Below are positions 61,086 through 64,000 of a stretch of 64,000 bases of DNA, one piece after another (within the stretch, counting starts at the first letter, position 1; the number at the start of each line of letters is the position of its first letter). Source of the DNA: Leucoraja erinacea (taxonomy: Eukaryota); NCBI RefSeq assembly GCF_028641065.1, contig NC_073388.1, positions 37,820,001-37,884,000 of the forward strand, read 5' to 3'. The translations under genes were made by a program, and so were the position numbers. Under the pieces are notes generated by a model that was given only the letters and a program-made list of their open reading frames with translations, was not told the origin of the DNA and did not search any database.

Positions 61086-64000
61086 AACACTGTTATAGCA
61101 CCTGCCTCCACTACTTCCTCTGCAGCGCCTTCCATAGACCCACCACATGGATGAGCTGGGAGATGATCAGCTCTGGCAGCTGCTATCCAAGTGCTCTGAA
61201 TGTGTAATGAAGGCCCTGTGACCCAGCATATGGAGATTCAACTTCAACAGTACGTGTTGTGCAACAATGAAATCACAGTGGCTTAGGGAATCAAGAAATG
61301 CTGCCAGGATTAGATGGTATTTGTTACAGCGAGAGGTTGGACAAACCTGTATTGTTTTCTAAGGAGTGTCGGAGGCTGAGAGGAGATCTGACGGAAGTAT
61401 ATAAAACTATGAGAGGTATAGATAGAGACAGCCAGAAACCAAAGTTTCTTCTAGGGGAGGGGGAAACGGATGTGTGGGGCATGTTTTTTTAGCGCGGTGG
61501 TGGTAGATGCAGAATGATAGTGGCGTTTTAGAGCTGCTGGATTCCTATGGAAAATAGCATGTGACCCGGGTTTCAATCCTGACTATGAAGGGGTGCTGTA
61601 CCTATACGCAGATCCCCATTCATTCTCTTTTCTCACCCTCTTTGTGGCCCACCCACATTCCCCCTTCCGTCACCTTTGTATACCATCCAGCTTAGGTCTT
61701 CCAATCAAAACCCCTCACCTGGATCTACCTATCACTTGCCAGTCTTTGCCCCACCCCCTCCTCTTCCCACCCACAATTTGGGTAGCGCTTTGGTTTCCTG
61801 CCCCCCGGGTTCATCTGACTATGGGTGCTGTCTATATGGAGACGTGCATGTAGGTTTTTTGGGTACTTTGGTTTTAACTCCAAAGACGTGGATTTTGTAG
61901 ATTAATTGGTTTCTGGAAATTGTAAATTGTCCCTAGTGTGTAGGATGGTGCTTGTGTACGGGGTGATTGCTGGTTAGCGGGGTGATTGCCGAAGGACCTG
62001 TTTCTACTCTTTGGCTCTAAACTCTAAAGGGGGTGCCTGACCAGCTGAGTTTCTCCAGCACTTTGTGTTTTGCTCAAGATCCAGCACCTGAAATCCCTCC
62101 TGATGCCTGTGCTGTAGTGTTCTGTGTTTTATGTTCTAAGTAGAGTTTCTGCGAGGAAGGGTCATAGGTTGGGTCGTGGGAGGCACACTCCAGACCCCCT
62201 GCCTACGAGATGCAGAGTGAGTGTGTGGTGACAGTGTCAGTGTGAACACGGTACAGGTGCCTGGAACCTGTGACATCCAGGTTCAGGAGCAGCTCTTCCC
62301 TACAACCATCGGCTATTGAATGCTACAACTCCAAATAGGCACCGAGCCACATAGACGGGGACATTATCTATGACTTTCTACAAGTGTTTATTTATTGGTT
62401 GTATTTTTTAATATCTACTGACTTTTTCTTGTTGTTTATGATGGGTTTTACACAGTACTATGTTTACATATCTGTTGTGCTGCTGCAAGTAAGAATTTCA
62501 TAGTTCCGTATCGGGACATATGACAATAAAATTCTTGATTCGTGACTTTTACACTGGCAGGGTCCATGGCCACATGACACTGGGAATATGAGCTTTCCCC
62601 CAGCTAGGTGGGCAGCCTGCGCTAGGACTGGACCTTCGTGCTGGTGAGCAACGAGCTGACTGATCCTGGCAACTGGTGATGTCCCATCCTCTGGGTCAGA
62701 GCGTGGGGGCAGAGAGTGGAACAGGAGCCTCGCAGATTACGTGGCAGTATTTCAACAATGTCTGCTCTAGCAGGTTGCATTCTCAATGCTCCACTATTCC
62801 TGACCCTGCTCTTTGTGTCTCGCTAAAACACATTCCTCGTCATTTATTTGTGAAAAGAATATTAAAGGTCCATCTTAAACAGTCATAGAGTCATACAGTG
62901 TGGAACCAGGCTTTTCAGCCCAACTTGTTCACACCGACCAACATGTCCCATCTACACTAGTCCCACCTGTCTATGCTTGGCCCTTATGCCTCTAAACTTG
63001 CCCTATCCATATACCTGTCTAAATGTTTCTTAAACATTGCGATGGTACCTGCCTCAACTACCTCCTCTGGCACCTCGTTCCATACACCCACCACCTTTTG
63101 TGTGAAAAAGTTACCCCTCGAGTTTCTATTAAATCTTTCCCCCATCGCCTTAAACCCATGTCCTCTGTGTTTGAATCTGGATCCTAAACCTGGATTTGTC
63201 ATTTGTCTTTTTTCAGCAAAAATAAAGATTTGGAAAAAATGGGATCGAACTAGTGTATGGGTGATCGTTTGTCAATGCGGACTCACAGCTGGGCCGAAGA
63301 GCCTGTTTCCATGCTCTATCTTTAGCCTAAACTAAACTGGCTAATGGGCCAAGCTTATATGGGCATCTTGATTGGCATGAATGAGTTGGGCTGAAGGATT
63401 TGTTTTCAAGCTGCATTACTCTTTGACTTTGACTGAACAGAAATATACAAACAATAAAACCCTACGTTTATTTCACACCCTCATGATGCTTCAAGTAGCC
63501 CTGCTGCCACTTTGGGACAGTACAGTGATACATCCCTGAAGCTATGAGTTGGTGGCCTTGCCCGTGCAGCACTGCACCTGACAGCTTCAGGGTCTCAGGT
63601 TCGATACTGACTTCAAGTGCTATCTGTGTGGAGTTTGCACTTTCTCACTGTGACATATAGGTTTCCTCTTGGTGCTCCAGTTTCCTCCCACATCCCAAAG
63701 GCGTAAGGGTTTGTAGGATAATTCCCCCTATTATAAGTAGGTAGGGAATTAATGCGCGTGTATGGATGAATGGGTCACAAGGTAATAAGTGGGAGTGCAG
63801 TGGATTGGATTGGACTGAGAACCAGCATAGACTCAATGGGCTGAATGGCCTCCTTCTATGCATGTAATGAGGTAGTAATTTGAAGCACACAAGGGGTTTC
63901 CACAATGAACAGCGTGATGTGGCAGGTAGTTTGTTTCGATGACTTTGATGAGCGATGCTTCCTGTGGGGAGCTCTGAGACAGCTGAGCTCTCCAAGCCTC

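Overview
Vertebrate genomic DNA, most likely from an elasmobranch (skate or ray); this is inferred from HE1-type V-SINEs and their partner CR1 LINEs. The window lies almost entirely in introns of an intracellular FGF (FHF) gene on the minus strand, best matching FGF13. Two coding exons are present with canonical AG/GT boundaries and sizes typical of the family: 37480-37583 (104 bp) and 3793-3991 (199 bp). The other exons were not found. The rest is dense with transposons: CR1 LINEs, Rex1/Babar LINEs, about 20 tRNA-derived V-SINEs, PIF/Harbinger-like and Tigger-like MITEs, and a Penelope-like element with an inverted tail. About 25-30 short Penelope-tail elements also occur, many palindromic and several flanked by target-site duplications (TSDs). 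These carry a minimal hammerhead-ribozyme motif, which is the most interesting signal. An HTRA2-like exon fragment sits beside a 200-N assembly gap. Copy counts and most repeat boundaries were read by eye and are approximate; the exon boundaries, TSDs and hairpins were counted base by base.
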